From assembly GCA_028534125.1 (NCBI GenBank), contig CM052832.1, forward strand, positions 10,170,001-10,230,000: 60,000 bases of DNA, written 5' to 3'. The position numbers were made by a program, and so were the translations under genes. Below the pieces are notes generated by a model. It was not told where the DNA came from, made no database searches, and saw only the letters and a program-made list of their open reading frames with translations. Origin of the DNA: Lama glama. Its lineage: Eukaryota. Of this stretch, positions 39,637-50,822 are shown in pieces. Positions within the stretch are counted from its first letter, which is position 1, and each line of letters opens with the position of its first letter.

Positions 39637-40268
39637 ATGGCCTGGGAGGCCACAGACCTGCTGCCACCTGTCCTGCTGGTGCTTCTGGCCTCAGGTGAGG
39701 GGCAGGGGAGGAGGACAGAGAGAATGGGGAAAGAGGAGGGGGAGACGCCTAGGTGAGGTAGGTGTGAAAGGGGCTGTGGGGTGGGGACGGCAGGGGACAG
39801 GGTGGTGCTATGGCCAGAGGCTGGCTCTGGGGTGCATTCTGAGTGTAGACATGAAGACGGTGGCTCCCTGAGTGGGGAGGCTCCCATCTCACAGCCCTGC
39901 ATTGGCAGCTGGGAGGCTCCCTGACCTGAGGGTTTATTCTCAGGCTCCTGAGAATAGAAGCCAGAGCTGCTATGTAAACTGGAGGACAAGACAATCTCCG
40001 TGAGATGCTGGTACCTGCCCCCCGCCCCGGCACGGCTTCAAGATGAAAACCCAGTGCAGGGAAACATCAGCACACGGTTGAGTTATATTAGTCAACATCC
40101 CAGGCTCTGGACAAGCCCAACAAGCCCTGGGAGCCTCGAATCTCCAGCCAGGATGACCTCAGCTCAGGCCCCTTCATCGTGGCTAAACTCAGGGCAAAGG
40201 ACTTGGTGTGGAATCCAGGAGTCTTCCAGGATCTCTGGTCTCAGACCATCCGTCTGGTATATCTCAGG
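39637..40268 (+). pseudogene. TREM-like pseudogene resembling mouse Treml6 (B430306N03Rik)/pDC-TREM
   Basis: Intact leader exon 39637-39694 (MAWEATDLLPPVLLVLLAS, donor gtgagg). V exon 39944-40268 reads GS*E*KPELLCKLEDKTISVRCWY with stops at 39949 and 39955 and later frameshifts; remnants include SQDDLSSGPFIV and WCGI; donor gtgagt. Confidence 0.88.
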
Positions 40269-40764
40269 GTGAGTTTCTTTCCTTCTTTTGTGTGTTTCTC
40301 AGACATCCTGAATCACAAGATGTCAGAGCTGGAATGAACACTAAAAATTACCTCCTTCAACCCTCTCATAGCTGAAAACTGGGGCCCTTCCCCAAGGTCA
40401 CTGGCTGGTTAGGGGTGAACCAGCACCGGAATTCAGACCTGCAGGCTTTCAGGGGGTTCTTCCTTCCCTGTCACACACATTTCTCTGAACATTTTTGTTG
40501 CTACCAACAGGACTCCTCCATAGATCTGTAATGATCACAGGGGCTTCTTCAGGCTTGAGCAAGACTGGCTTATGGGTCCATTCCCAGGCATCCCTACTCC
40601 TGACCCTGACCCCCAACATTCTCTCAGAGGGCTGTGCTGGAGATGGGTCACAGGTAACCAAGTCGGGGGCTGTCAAGAAACGTGGATAGATAGGAGTCAG
40701 CCAGATAGCGAGGCAGACATGAGGCCCAGGTGGGAAGGGGCGGGGAGCTGCTGAGAAGCATACC

Positions 40765-41810
40765 ACATGTAAAAATTAACTTGAAATGGCTTATAGACCA
40801 AAACTATAAACCTTCTAACAGAAAACATAGGAGAAAATCTTTGTGACTTTGATACAGGCACATTTTTCTTAGTAGAATACAAAAAGCACAAATCATAAAT
40901 GAAAACTCAATAATTTGGATTTTATCAACATTAAAATCATCTACCCTTTGAAGACACTTAAGGAAATGATTTTTAAAAAGCTACAGACTGGAAAAATATT
41001 TGTAAATCACATATCTGATGAAGGAATTGTATCTGGAGTATATAAAGAATTCTCACAACTTAATAATAATAAACAATGAAAAATGGACAAAAGATTTGAA
41101 CTAATGCTTCACCAAGTAAGATGTACAAATGGCAAATAAATAATGAAAGATATTCCACATCACTCGTCATTAGGAAAATACAACTCGAAACCGTAAGATA
41201 TTACTGTAAACCTATTGAAATTGTTTAAAAAGAAACTTGACAACATCAAGTCTTGACAAGGATGCAAAAATGTTCCAGCCACATTGCAGAACTGTGGGGC
41301 AGGCAGCTTTTATAAAGTTGAACATATACTTATCACATGACCTAGCACTCCCACTGCTCAGATTTTATCTGAGGGAAGTGAAGATACATGTCCACACAAA
41401 ATAAATGTACACGAATCCTTCTAGTGGCTTTATTCATAGTTTCCCCAAACTTGAAACAACTCAAATGTTCATCAGCTGGTGAATAGATAAACTACCTGTG
41501 GTTCAGCCATTCAATGAAATACTATTCAGCAATTAAAAAGGGATGAATTACTGAGAAGCACAACTTCATGCGTGCTACATGAATTATATGATAAGTGAAA
41601 GAAGCCAGACTCATAGGGTACATACTGTATGGTTCCATGTAATTCTAGAAAGGGCAGGAAGCTATAGGCACTGAAGTCAGATCAGTAGTTACCAGGGCCT
41701 GGATTACAGAGGAAGGGATTGGCTAAAAGGGGAGCCAGGGAACCTTTTGGGGCTGATAGAAATGTGGGCTGTTGGCTCTCTTAGTGAAGGGCTGTTTTAC
41801 GTTCACCATT
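40765..41810 (+). mobile_element. L1M ORF2 3' end / 3' UTR fragment
   Basis: aaaactataaaccttctaacagaaaacataggagaaaatctttgtgac...aagtgaaagaagccagactc. Confidence 0.85.
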
Positions 41811-43140
41811 AACTCCCCATCTCTAGCCAGATTCCTTGTCCATTTGGACAGACATGCACAGTAAATATGGGTAAATAAATGAATAAAATAACAAATCAAT
41901 GAGTGCTTTCAGGAAACCAAAGTAGACTTTGATTATCTGTAGGCACCTATGGACCCCTCCAGCCTCTCCTGCTGCTTCCCCCAGTGCAACTCCATTTCCT
42001 GCCCAAGGGAGTTGCTTCGCCTCCCTGCCCCCATCCACGGCTCACCTGGCCATTTCACACCTCTGTGCCTCCTTACATCCAGGCCCCTGCGCCAAGATCA
42101 CCCTTCACAGGATCTGCACGTGTGGAAGAAACACACCCTAGCCCTAGAACTCCAGGAAATGTCATGTCCTGTCTTGCTCATAGGATGGTCGGGGGTTCAA
42201 GGTGTGCGTGCGCCAAGGATAATGCCTGTGTGAGCATGTGCACACAGGTGCCCGACTGTGCAAAGGAGTCTAAATGTGAGCAGCAAATTGGAGAGAAAAT
42301 TCTCCCTCTCCTGGATAGATAGGAGTCAGCCAGATAGTGAGGCAGACATGAGGCCCTCTCAATTTCATGGCCAATTTTCCCTCTCCCATGATAACCAGGG
42401 TAACAGTACTAGTTAATTTTGTTGAGTGCTTACTACGTGTCAGGTCCTGGTCTAAAGAACTTTGCCTGTAGAAATCCACATTATCCTCCCAATTACTCTC
42501 TACACTATTATTATTATTCCTGTTTCACAGATACAGGAACTGAGACACAGAAAGATTATGGACAGTGTTTGCAGTGGTTGCACACACAGGCGGTGAGGAC
42601 GGAGGGACCTGAAGCCAAGGGCCATGATCTTCACTGCTGCCACTACAGGGATGCTGACCCGGAGGGAAGGGCTAGAAGGGCCTGGGTGAGGGTCCTGGCC
42701 TTCAAGAGGAGCAGCTGTTCTCCATCCCTTGCAAGGCTGGAACCAGAGAATGGCAGGCGCTACAAGTGGAGAAGGGTCTGAACATGGCAGTGAGGGCAGT
42801 GATCCCTGGTCTGGGCTCTGCAGCCTCGGACCTGACCAGCCCCCGCCGTGTGAGGTCACCCTGGCTGGTGTGGGCAGGACGGCGGGCTGTCCTCTCGGCG
42901 GTCTAGGATCCTCAGCGTCGTGCTGCTAGGCTGCAGTGGTGGCTCCTCCCCTCCGCTCCTCCCTCACCCAACTCCCCTCACTGAATCATAAAGCCAGATC
43001 CCAGTCCTGATGATTGCTCAACCCCCAGGAGCCAGTTCTTGTGAGCAGCGCCTGACGAGCCCGACCCTCTCTATAGTTTAAGGCAAAGATCTTGCGCCAA
43101 GCACTCTGCGGCTGGCTGTCCTTCACAAGAGCAGGGTGAC

Positions 43141-43180
43141 ATGGAGGCTCTCCTGCTGCTCATCCTGCTCTCTGTCACAG
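43141..43180 (+). CDS. TREM2: TREM2 exon 1
   Basis: [13 protein letters not shown], 40 nt, donor gtagga. Confidence 0.96.
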
Positions 43181-46100
43181 GTAGGATCCTCTCTTTCTGC
43201 TGACTTCGTTCTCTCCCCTTCCTTGAGTGTAGGGCAGGGTGGGTGGGTGGGGAGCGCTGAGCCACACGGAAGGCGGCTGAAACCCTCGGCACGTTCTGCA
43301 CCCCTCTCCTCCCACTGTGTCCCTTATTCCCCAGGCTCTCCCTCCCTGCCTGGTATCAGAACCCACTGTCAGACTCTTCCCACATGTGAAGGTACCAGAG
43401 GCTGGTGGACTCAGCCTCCTGGAAAGGGAAGGAGTTCTGATGGTGGCATCTCAGGCACTAGCTAGTAGTTGGGGGAAGTTTTGAGAGGCACAGGTAAGAG
43501 CCCCTAAAATTATGAACCACTAAACATAAAACTAGCCCCATTGGAGTGACAGGGTGGGAGGGAGAAAAGAGCCAGTACTGGGAATCTGCATCTTTGGGGT
43601 GCCCCTCCCATGCTCTGAAGGTCCTCTCGTCCTCAGCCCTGGATGGGAGGTGAAGGGGCTGAAGGTTCTGTGATTGAACGGGTGGGGATTGACACCCCAC
43701 ATTTTGGTACATTAGGGCCTTGTCTCACTGGGGGAAGGGTGGCCCTTGCTCCCCCAGAACAACTGGCACACCTGGGTGAGAGGAAGGACTTTCCGAACAG
43801 AGCTAGAGCTTCGTAGCTGGAGGTGGAGCGGGGCACGGGGGTGGCGGTGTGTGGGCCTGCCCAGCAGCAGAGGGCTGGATGGGGTGGTAAGCAGGGGGCA
43901 CCACTTGCTAGGTCGCTCTGTTTCCAAAAGGCAGGCTACCAGCTCCCCAATCCTGTCCTACACGTTTCTGTCACCATGTGCTTGAAGATGTGGTGGAAGA
44001 GAGGGGAGGTTGAGGCAGAGGGCTCCGGATGAGTCTCCTGCAGCCCCTGCCCTGGCAGTAGACTGGTGTTCTAAGCCCATCTCCCCAACCCCAAGGAGGG
44101 TCCCTAAAATAGCAATCTCATGTCTCCTCCAAAATAGCTCTGAGACGAGTCCCTCCTGAAAGGGGAACAAAGCCACAGAAATAGAGAAGCTGGAAGCTTA
44201 AGGTCAGAAAGAGGAGAATGTGGGGCTGGCACCAGTGTGGGCAGCTGCAGGGGAAGCAAACGTGGTGGGGGCAGGGAGGGGTACCCAGCCCCCGTGGAAC
44301 TTGCCCCAGACCTGAGAGGGCCACTGGCCTTACTCTCTTGAGATGGAGGGGAAGAGGAGAGGGCTTGGTCCCATGTGACAGGGAGAAGTGTGGACTAGAA
44401 CTAGAGGGAACTTCAAGACCAAGTGTCTCTGGAAATAGGCCCAGAGAAGGTCGGTTACTTCTCCAAAGATGTCCAGCAAGTCCAATGGTGATAAAGCGAG
44501 ACCCAGGACCCAGGTTTCCTGGTTTACAGTTTCCTGTAAACACATACCTGGGCTGTGCCACCTTCTCCCAACTTGTGTAGGAACCTGAGTCCCTTAAGGG
44601 CAGAATTTCTGTCTCTTTGGTTCATTGCAAATGGTAGGTGTTCAATTAACATGTGGTAAGTGAATGAATGTCTTTTCCCCAGAACTGTCCCGAGCCCAAA
44701 ACACTACGGTATTCCAGGGCATGGCAGGCCGGTCCCTACGTGTCTTCTGTCCCTACAACTCCTTGAAGCACTGGGGGAGACGCAAAGCCTGGTGCCGCCA
44801 GCTGGGTGAAGAGGGTCTGTGCCAGCAGGTGGTCAGTACCCACCCCTCGTGGCTGCTGTCCTTCCTGAAGAGGTGGAATGGCAGCACGGCCATCACGGAT
44901 GATGCCCTGGGTGGCACACTCACCATTACACTGCGGAATCTTCAAGCCCATGATGCTGGCCTCTACCAGTGCCAGAGCCTCCGCGGTAGCGAGGCTGACA
45001 CCCTCAGGAAGGTCCTGGTGGAGGTGCTGGCTGGTGAGTGGGCAGCTGACTGCACCCTGACTTGCTCTTGGGGTGGGGTTCATGTCTTTGGTGTCTGTGC
45101 ACAGGACCACCCTGAGGGCTTTCCAGGACCCTGGGAATTCCCACAGTGTGGATCTTGTCCTCCTGACTCAGGACCACTGTGGATGGTTGTGCAGGTTGCT
45201 GACTGCACAAGGGACGCCTCTCTTTAGTCTGTGCTCCCTGGCGGAGGGCTGCATCACTTGCAGGAAGGGTACAGGTCTCTAATTTGTCCAAAGCACCATA
45301 TGAGCTAGCTGTGGTCCTGCTTCCCCCAAGCAGCTTTATCCATTTGGCATTCTGTTAGGATGTGAGCATTGCAGGTGGTCCTCAAGGAGTAGGAGGACAT
45401 TCATTTATTTCCTCACCCAACCACCCAATGGACCTAACAACACAGATTAAGCACCAGCCTGATACAGAAAAACAACCGTAGAAAGGCACACTGCTGTGAC
45501 CCCAGACAACATGTGTCTCCTTTCTGGGCCTCCATTTCCCCATCTTTAAATTGCGGTGATGGTGTCTGTGCTGCAGACCCCACAGGGCTCCCATAGGGCA
45601 CAAAATACTTGACAGAGTTAAAAGCGCTTGGGGTCAGTGACAGCCTTCGCCCCAGCCCCCTGCTGCTAACTGCTTGGGATCCTCATTTCAGGCTTGACTA
45701 GATGAGATGGGGCAGTGGGGGTGGGGGTCCTCCCCATCCCTGAGCTTGCACAGGGGATGCCCTCCAGGAAAGCCCTCTGCCTGTGTCTCCAGAATGTGAT
45801 TGTGTCCCAAAGAAGAGCAAATCTGGGGTTACATATCCACTTTCTGACTCTCTCCTTTTCCCTTATCATGGAAATGGAGGCCGAAAGTAACATTTGTCTC
45901 AGGTGGGGAGGGTAGGGGAGACCACGTGTCCTAGACCCCAAACCCCATCTCCACCACTTTTCTAAGTGGGAAAGGGGAGTAGGGGACAAGGAGACACAAA
46001 TTTTCAGCTCTACAGGGTCTAAGGCTCAGCCAACTCTCAGGAGTGTGGCAGGAAAGTAACAATAATAATAATAATAAAAGCACTAATCCTAAGCTGGTGT

Positions 46101-47504
46101 AGACGGCTTGACAGTTCACACAGGCCTTTCAAAGACATACATTATTCCATTTGGTCTTCCCAAAGACCCAGCGTGATGGGAGGGTGGGAGCTGCAGTGGG
46201 CAGCTATACAGGATGCTCTCACCGAATCCTGCAACACTATTATTAAGGAAGTGTTCCTAATTGCCCCACTTTACAGGTTAGGAAAATGAGACTCAGAAAG
46301 GTTAACAGCTTGATCTGTGTAGGGCCAGAGCCCAGGGGGCCTCACCCTGCCCAGAGAGGTTTTATTCATTGTGGCAGATGGCCTCAAGCTCACAGGCTCT
46401 GTCTCCCGCAGACCCCCTTGATTACCAGGACCCTGGAGATCTCTGGATCCCCGAGGAGTCTGAGAACTTCGAGGGTACCCAGGTGGAGCATAGCATCTCC
46501 AGGTATAGTGACAAGTCTTTCCTAAGGTCCCTGGGCAGTCTTCTACCCTGCAGAGCACAGGCATGGGGTGGTGGGTTAGGGGTCCCAGGAGTACAAATTC
46601 CAAGGTGATCAGAAAGTGAAAGGGTCTACTTATGATCTTGTCTAAACACCCCTTCAAACAGCCAGTGTGCCGGCTGGTAAAATGCCGCAGTACCTCCCTG
46701 ACAGCCCATGAATAGCTGCTGCTACAAGACTCCTGAACGGTCCACCTCCCACCCCTCCCCGGCAGCCCTCAGACATCCCCACAATTTAGCAACAATGAAA
46801 GTTTTAGTATTTCAGTACAAAACTGGGAATCCCAGCTCCCTGCTTCCCTGGTGGGACCAGAATCAGTTCTGACTGGTTCTTGACTATGTACTGGTGTTTA
46901 AACAATGTTAGTATAACCATGGAACACACATGTGCGAACGCTCACACACACATGTACCACACCATCCAATCCGTAAGGCAGGAAACTGCTCAGCAAGGGA
47001 AGTGACTGTTTAAAAGCACTAAGCTGGCAGATCCCTGCCTGGAACTCAGGCCTCCCGCCTGCAGGCTCCCCGAGCCCCACACAGCCTCACCCGGGGGTGC
47101 GCTGGGTTGGGAGGCGATCTGAGTCCCCGGAGCTCCTGGCGTCTCCCCGTTCCTTCTCTGAGCGCAGATTCCAGTCTGCCTCCTACAGGCCCTCTTTGTT
47201 TCTCCAAGGAGCCTTTCAGACGAGGAGAGCCCCTTCCCACCCACTTCCATCCTTTTCCTTCTGGCCTGCATCTTTCTCAGCAAGCTTCTAGCAGCCAGCG
47301 CCCTCTGGGCTGCAGCCTGGCATGGGCAGAAACGGAGGCGGTGGCTGCAGACCAGCGGGCTGGACTGTGGCCATGACTCCGGTTACCAGCTCCAAACCTT
47401 GACAGGTGAGCTTAGAGAGCACAGTGGTGGCTGGGGGACAGCGAGGTGGGGCTGAGAGGGGCCAAATGAGTACTTTGTCTCTTGCAGGGCTGAGAGACAC
47501 ATGA
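43141..47504 (+). CDS. TREM2: TREM2, 5 coding exons, 231 aa
   Basis: Exons 43141-43180, 44683-45033, 46412-46502, 47209-47405 and 47488-47504 sum to 696 nt. Motifs [19 protein letters not shown] shedding site, TM lysine (FLSKLLAA), end GLRDT*. Confidence 0.99.
44683..45033 (+). CDS. TREM2: TREM2 exon 2 (Ig-V)
   Basis: 351 nt; NTTVFQG...[10 protein letters not shown]...VLVEVLA. Confidence 0.99.
46412..46502 (+). CDS. TREM2: TREM2 exon 3 (stalk)
   Basis: 91 nt; [30 protein letters not shown]. Confidence 0.97.
47209..47405 (+). CDS. TREM2: TREM2 exon 4 (TM with DAP12-binding Lys)
   Basis: [34 protein letters not shown]. Confidence 0.97.
47488..47504 (+). CDS. TREM2: TREM2 exon 5 coding part
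   Basis: GLRDT*, acceptor ttgcag. Confidence 0.95.
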
Positions 47505-47768
47505 CAGAAGAGGACCCACATTGGAGGAGAGGCCTGGGAAAGGTCTGCATGGACCACCCCAGCCTGTACACTCACTCCCTTGGCCATTAAGTCTCCTGAT
47601 TCTGCTTTGGCAAAAGGCCACTCTGCTTGTGCCCTGCTTCCCTGGCCCTTGGAAGCAAGGATTGGTGTTTTGTGTGTGTGTGTGTGCACGCACACGCACG
47701 TGTGCATGCATAGGAAGTGGGAAGGACATCTACCAACTTCTGCACATCGGATATTAAACACTCTCACA

Positions 47769-47774
47769 AATAAA
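47769..47774 (+). terminator. TREM2 polyadenylation signal
   Basis: AATAAA about 265 nt after the stop codon (ATTAAA also near 47753). Confidence 0.7.
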
Positions 47775-49621
47775 TCCAAGACTTCATGTTTAACTGATGG
47801 TTTAGGGCATCACGAAGGTCTTCTCTGTTGCTACAGGGCTAGGAGAGTGAATTCGGATGAGGAAAAGATAAAAGATCTGGCTCCTTGGGGTCTAGGGTCT
47901 TAGGAAACCGTGTTCCTCCAGTCCCACAGGCTCTAAACTGGCCAATCTTTTTATTCTTCTCTCTCCCTTCCAGAGACCTAACTGCCAATTCCGGCCTCCT
48001 CCTACGGAATTTCTCGAGCATCCAGGCTTTCTCTCTTTTCCTGTTCCTGTCCATCCTTCCCTAGGATTACTGCTAGCCTTCCTTCCCAGGCCTCGCCCCT
48101 CCCTCTGTACCCTCTCCCCAATTCCCAGCTGACTCATCCACTGGTCCCCCTAGAGGCTTGCTCTCATCCTGTTACTTCCCCTCCGGAGAAATGACAAGGG
48201 CTTGGGTGGTGGAAAGCAGTGTACTAGAGCCGGGGACTGCTGGTCCAAGCCCCTCATTGTACAGATGGCAAACAGGCTCAAAGGCAAAGGATTTATTCAA
48301 AGTCCCCAGTAGAGCCTGGAAATTCAGATTTCACTTGGCATTCAAGCTATCCTTCTCTGTAGCTCAATCATTTATTCATGTATTTATTCTACAAATAATT
48401 TCTGTGCCAGGTTCTAGTCTAGGCATTGGAGACAACAGTGAAAAAAAAATAGTCTAGACATTGGAGACACAACAGTGAAAAAACTGTATCTGCCCACACA
48501 GAGCCACGTTCTAATGGAAAGAGAGCAGACAAATAGAATAAAGAAGTCAGTCAGATGGTTAGGAGCTGCTGAGTGCAGAAGGCAGATGTTGCAATTCTAA
48601 AGGGTAGTCAGAAGGTACCCCTTGAGAAACACTTGGAGGAGGTGAGGAAGTGAGTCACAGAGATGTGAGGAGCAGAGGGAACAGCCGGAGTGGCTCAGGG
48701 AACCTTGGTTCTTTCAACACACACATGCCACCTGGGTGAAGAGTGTGGAGGAAACTGGACAGAGACTTCCTGGAGGGTGGGCTGCCCCAAGAGGAGGACG
48801 CGAGCTGGCCACGTCCTCAGGCTCTCTGTCCCGGGCCTCAGAGAGCTGGAGGCCCAGGAGTCCCTCTGGCCATGGCCACACGTGGCTGTGTTGCCTCCTA
48901 ACCTGGGTGTGGACACCCGGGCCTTTGGGGTTTTGAATCATTAGGAAGGAGCCCCTTGGTCCAGCCACACGTCTGTTCGTGACTCCCTGAGTGCGGCCCT
49001 GCCCCACCCTGCCTCATCCACTCCCTGTTGAGGCTGTTCTGCTGGCCTCTGCTCCCAGCTCGGGTCTGTTTCCTTGGCCTCCCTGACTCAGTGGCACGTG
49101 AAACTTCCCCATCGGGCCCAGGGGAAGTTGTCTCCTTCCTGCAGACCCGAGGCACAGTCTAGGAGCCAAGACTGAGCAGAGCCCAAACTGAGCTCACTCT
49201 ACCTCCCTCCCTCCCTCTGGCCCTGTCCAGGCATCAGGTGTGATGAGATAGAAGGGGAGGCTCCCGGGGGGCGGCCCTGGCCGTGGAGTGCCACTGGAAC
49301 GTTCCTCCTCCTGGGAAGCTCCTCCTTTTCTTCTTCCTGGTCTGCCATGTCTGAGACACCCACCCTAGGATTCAGATCACCATTGGGATCTGCCTCCTCG
49401 GACTCTGGCGTGCACGCTGAACTGAAGGGGTTTTCCAGTTTCCAATTTGCCTCCTACTAAGAACCATTCAGCAAGTTCCTTAACTCCTCTGAGCCTCAGG
49501 GTCCTTGCGTGAAAAAACAAACAAAACATTCAACACCAAACCAAACCATGAGAGTCATGAGAGAAGAACCCCAAATTATGAGACTTGGAGCTTATATAGA
49601 GCATCTGGCACATTGGCCCAT

Positions 49622-49623
<2 letters not shown>

Positions 49624-49652
<29 letters not shown>
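49624..49652. repeat. (CT)n microsatellite
   Basis: Direct run. Confidence 0.85.
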
Positions 49653-49655
<3 letters not shown>

Positions 49656-49849
49656 CTTTTACTCTGGAACCTGACCTGATCTTCTCTAAGGAAGGAGGGG
49701 AAGGAAGGAAGGAAATCTCTCTGGAGCTGATACACTGTCTCTAACTCCCATGGCGTGTTGGCTCTTCAGTGGCCCTGAAACGAAGCTTGGTCAGTGCCCT
49801 TTCCTGGGAAGGCCCAGGCCAGGCAGAAACATGAAAACATTCATGGAGA

Positions 49850-50370
49850 ACTGTCTCCCATCAGAGAGGAGAGTGCGTTCATGAAACAAAAATAATATGC
49901 TATAAATAAGAAATCCTTGGAGAATTAGAAAATTTGTAAATTAAAAACACTAAGGGATAAAAATTTGAAGGACCACGATGAAGGGATGGAAGAGAAAGAT
50001 GAGGCTATCTTCTAGGAATCAGACCAAAATGGACAAAAAGCTGGAAAATAAGAGAGAAAAGCCATGAAAATGAGATGAATACATGAATACATGTTCAATA
50101 TCCAACTAATTAAGGAGTTCCAGGAAATCAGAGGGGAAAAAAGGAAGATGAAGAAGCAATGATCAATGCAGCAAAGCCACTCCCAGAACTGGAGCATGCA
50201 GTTCACAGTGAGAGTGTCTAGGGAGCTCCCAGCACAGTGGATGAAGACACGCCAGCCCAGGTGCCACCGTCGAGGTGGGGCCTCCTGAGGTGAGGTTGTG
50301 ATGCAGGGACCAGGAGGGCTCGGGTGGAGCTCTCACACAGAAATTAAAATCAGGATGGCCCTGGGCCGTG
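49850..50370 (+). mobile_element. Old L1 ORF1-region fragment
   Basis: A-rich; ttcaatatccaactaattaaggagttccagga...aaaatcaggatggc. Confidence 0.55.
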
Positions 50371-50779
50371 GGAAGGACACTTTCCTCCCCTCCTTCACAG
50401 CTCTGCCTCATCAGATTCTGTATTTGGAATACCCTGAAGATCATCTTCCCTCTCTCTCTAATACTCTCTGGTTGCCATGATTCTCCTCCCCCTTCATTCC
50501 TTAGGGGGAGCCCCAGGACCCCAAGCTTCTGCATTTGCTTGGGCCTTTTCACCCGCTCTTGCCCACACCTCCTCTCAGAGTCAGTTCCTGAGCACTGAGC
50601 CAACCAGGACTAAGAAGAGCTCCTTATCCCCACCCATGGAGCGGCCCACCATGCCTGCCTCCCATCCCACGGTCAGGGAGAGCCCCACGTGACTGTCTGA
50701 GGCAAAAGTTTCCTGCCCTCAGGGGAATGCTGTGTCAGTGCCCAGGCAAGCTCCAGAGCTGACATCTCCCTGCCCAGCC

Positions 50780-50822
50780 ATGGGCTCCAACCTGCTCCTG
50801 CTGCTGCTCCTGGGACTAGCAG
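50780..50822 (+). CDS. TREML1: TREML1 exon 1
   Basis: MGSNLLLLLLLGLA, donor gtaatg. Confidence 0.94.
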
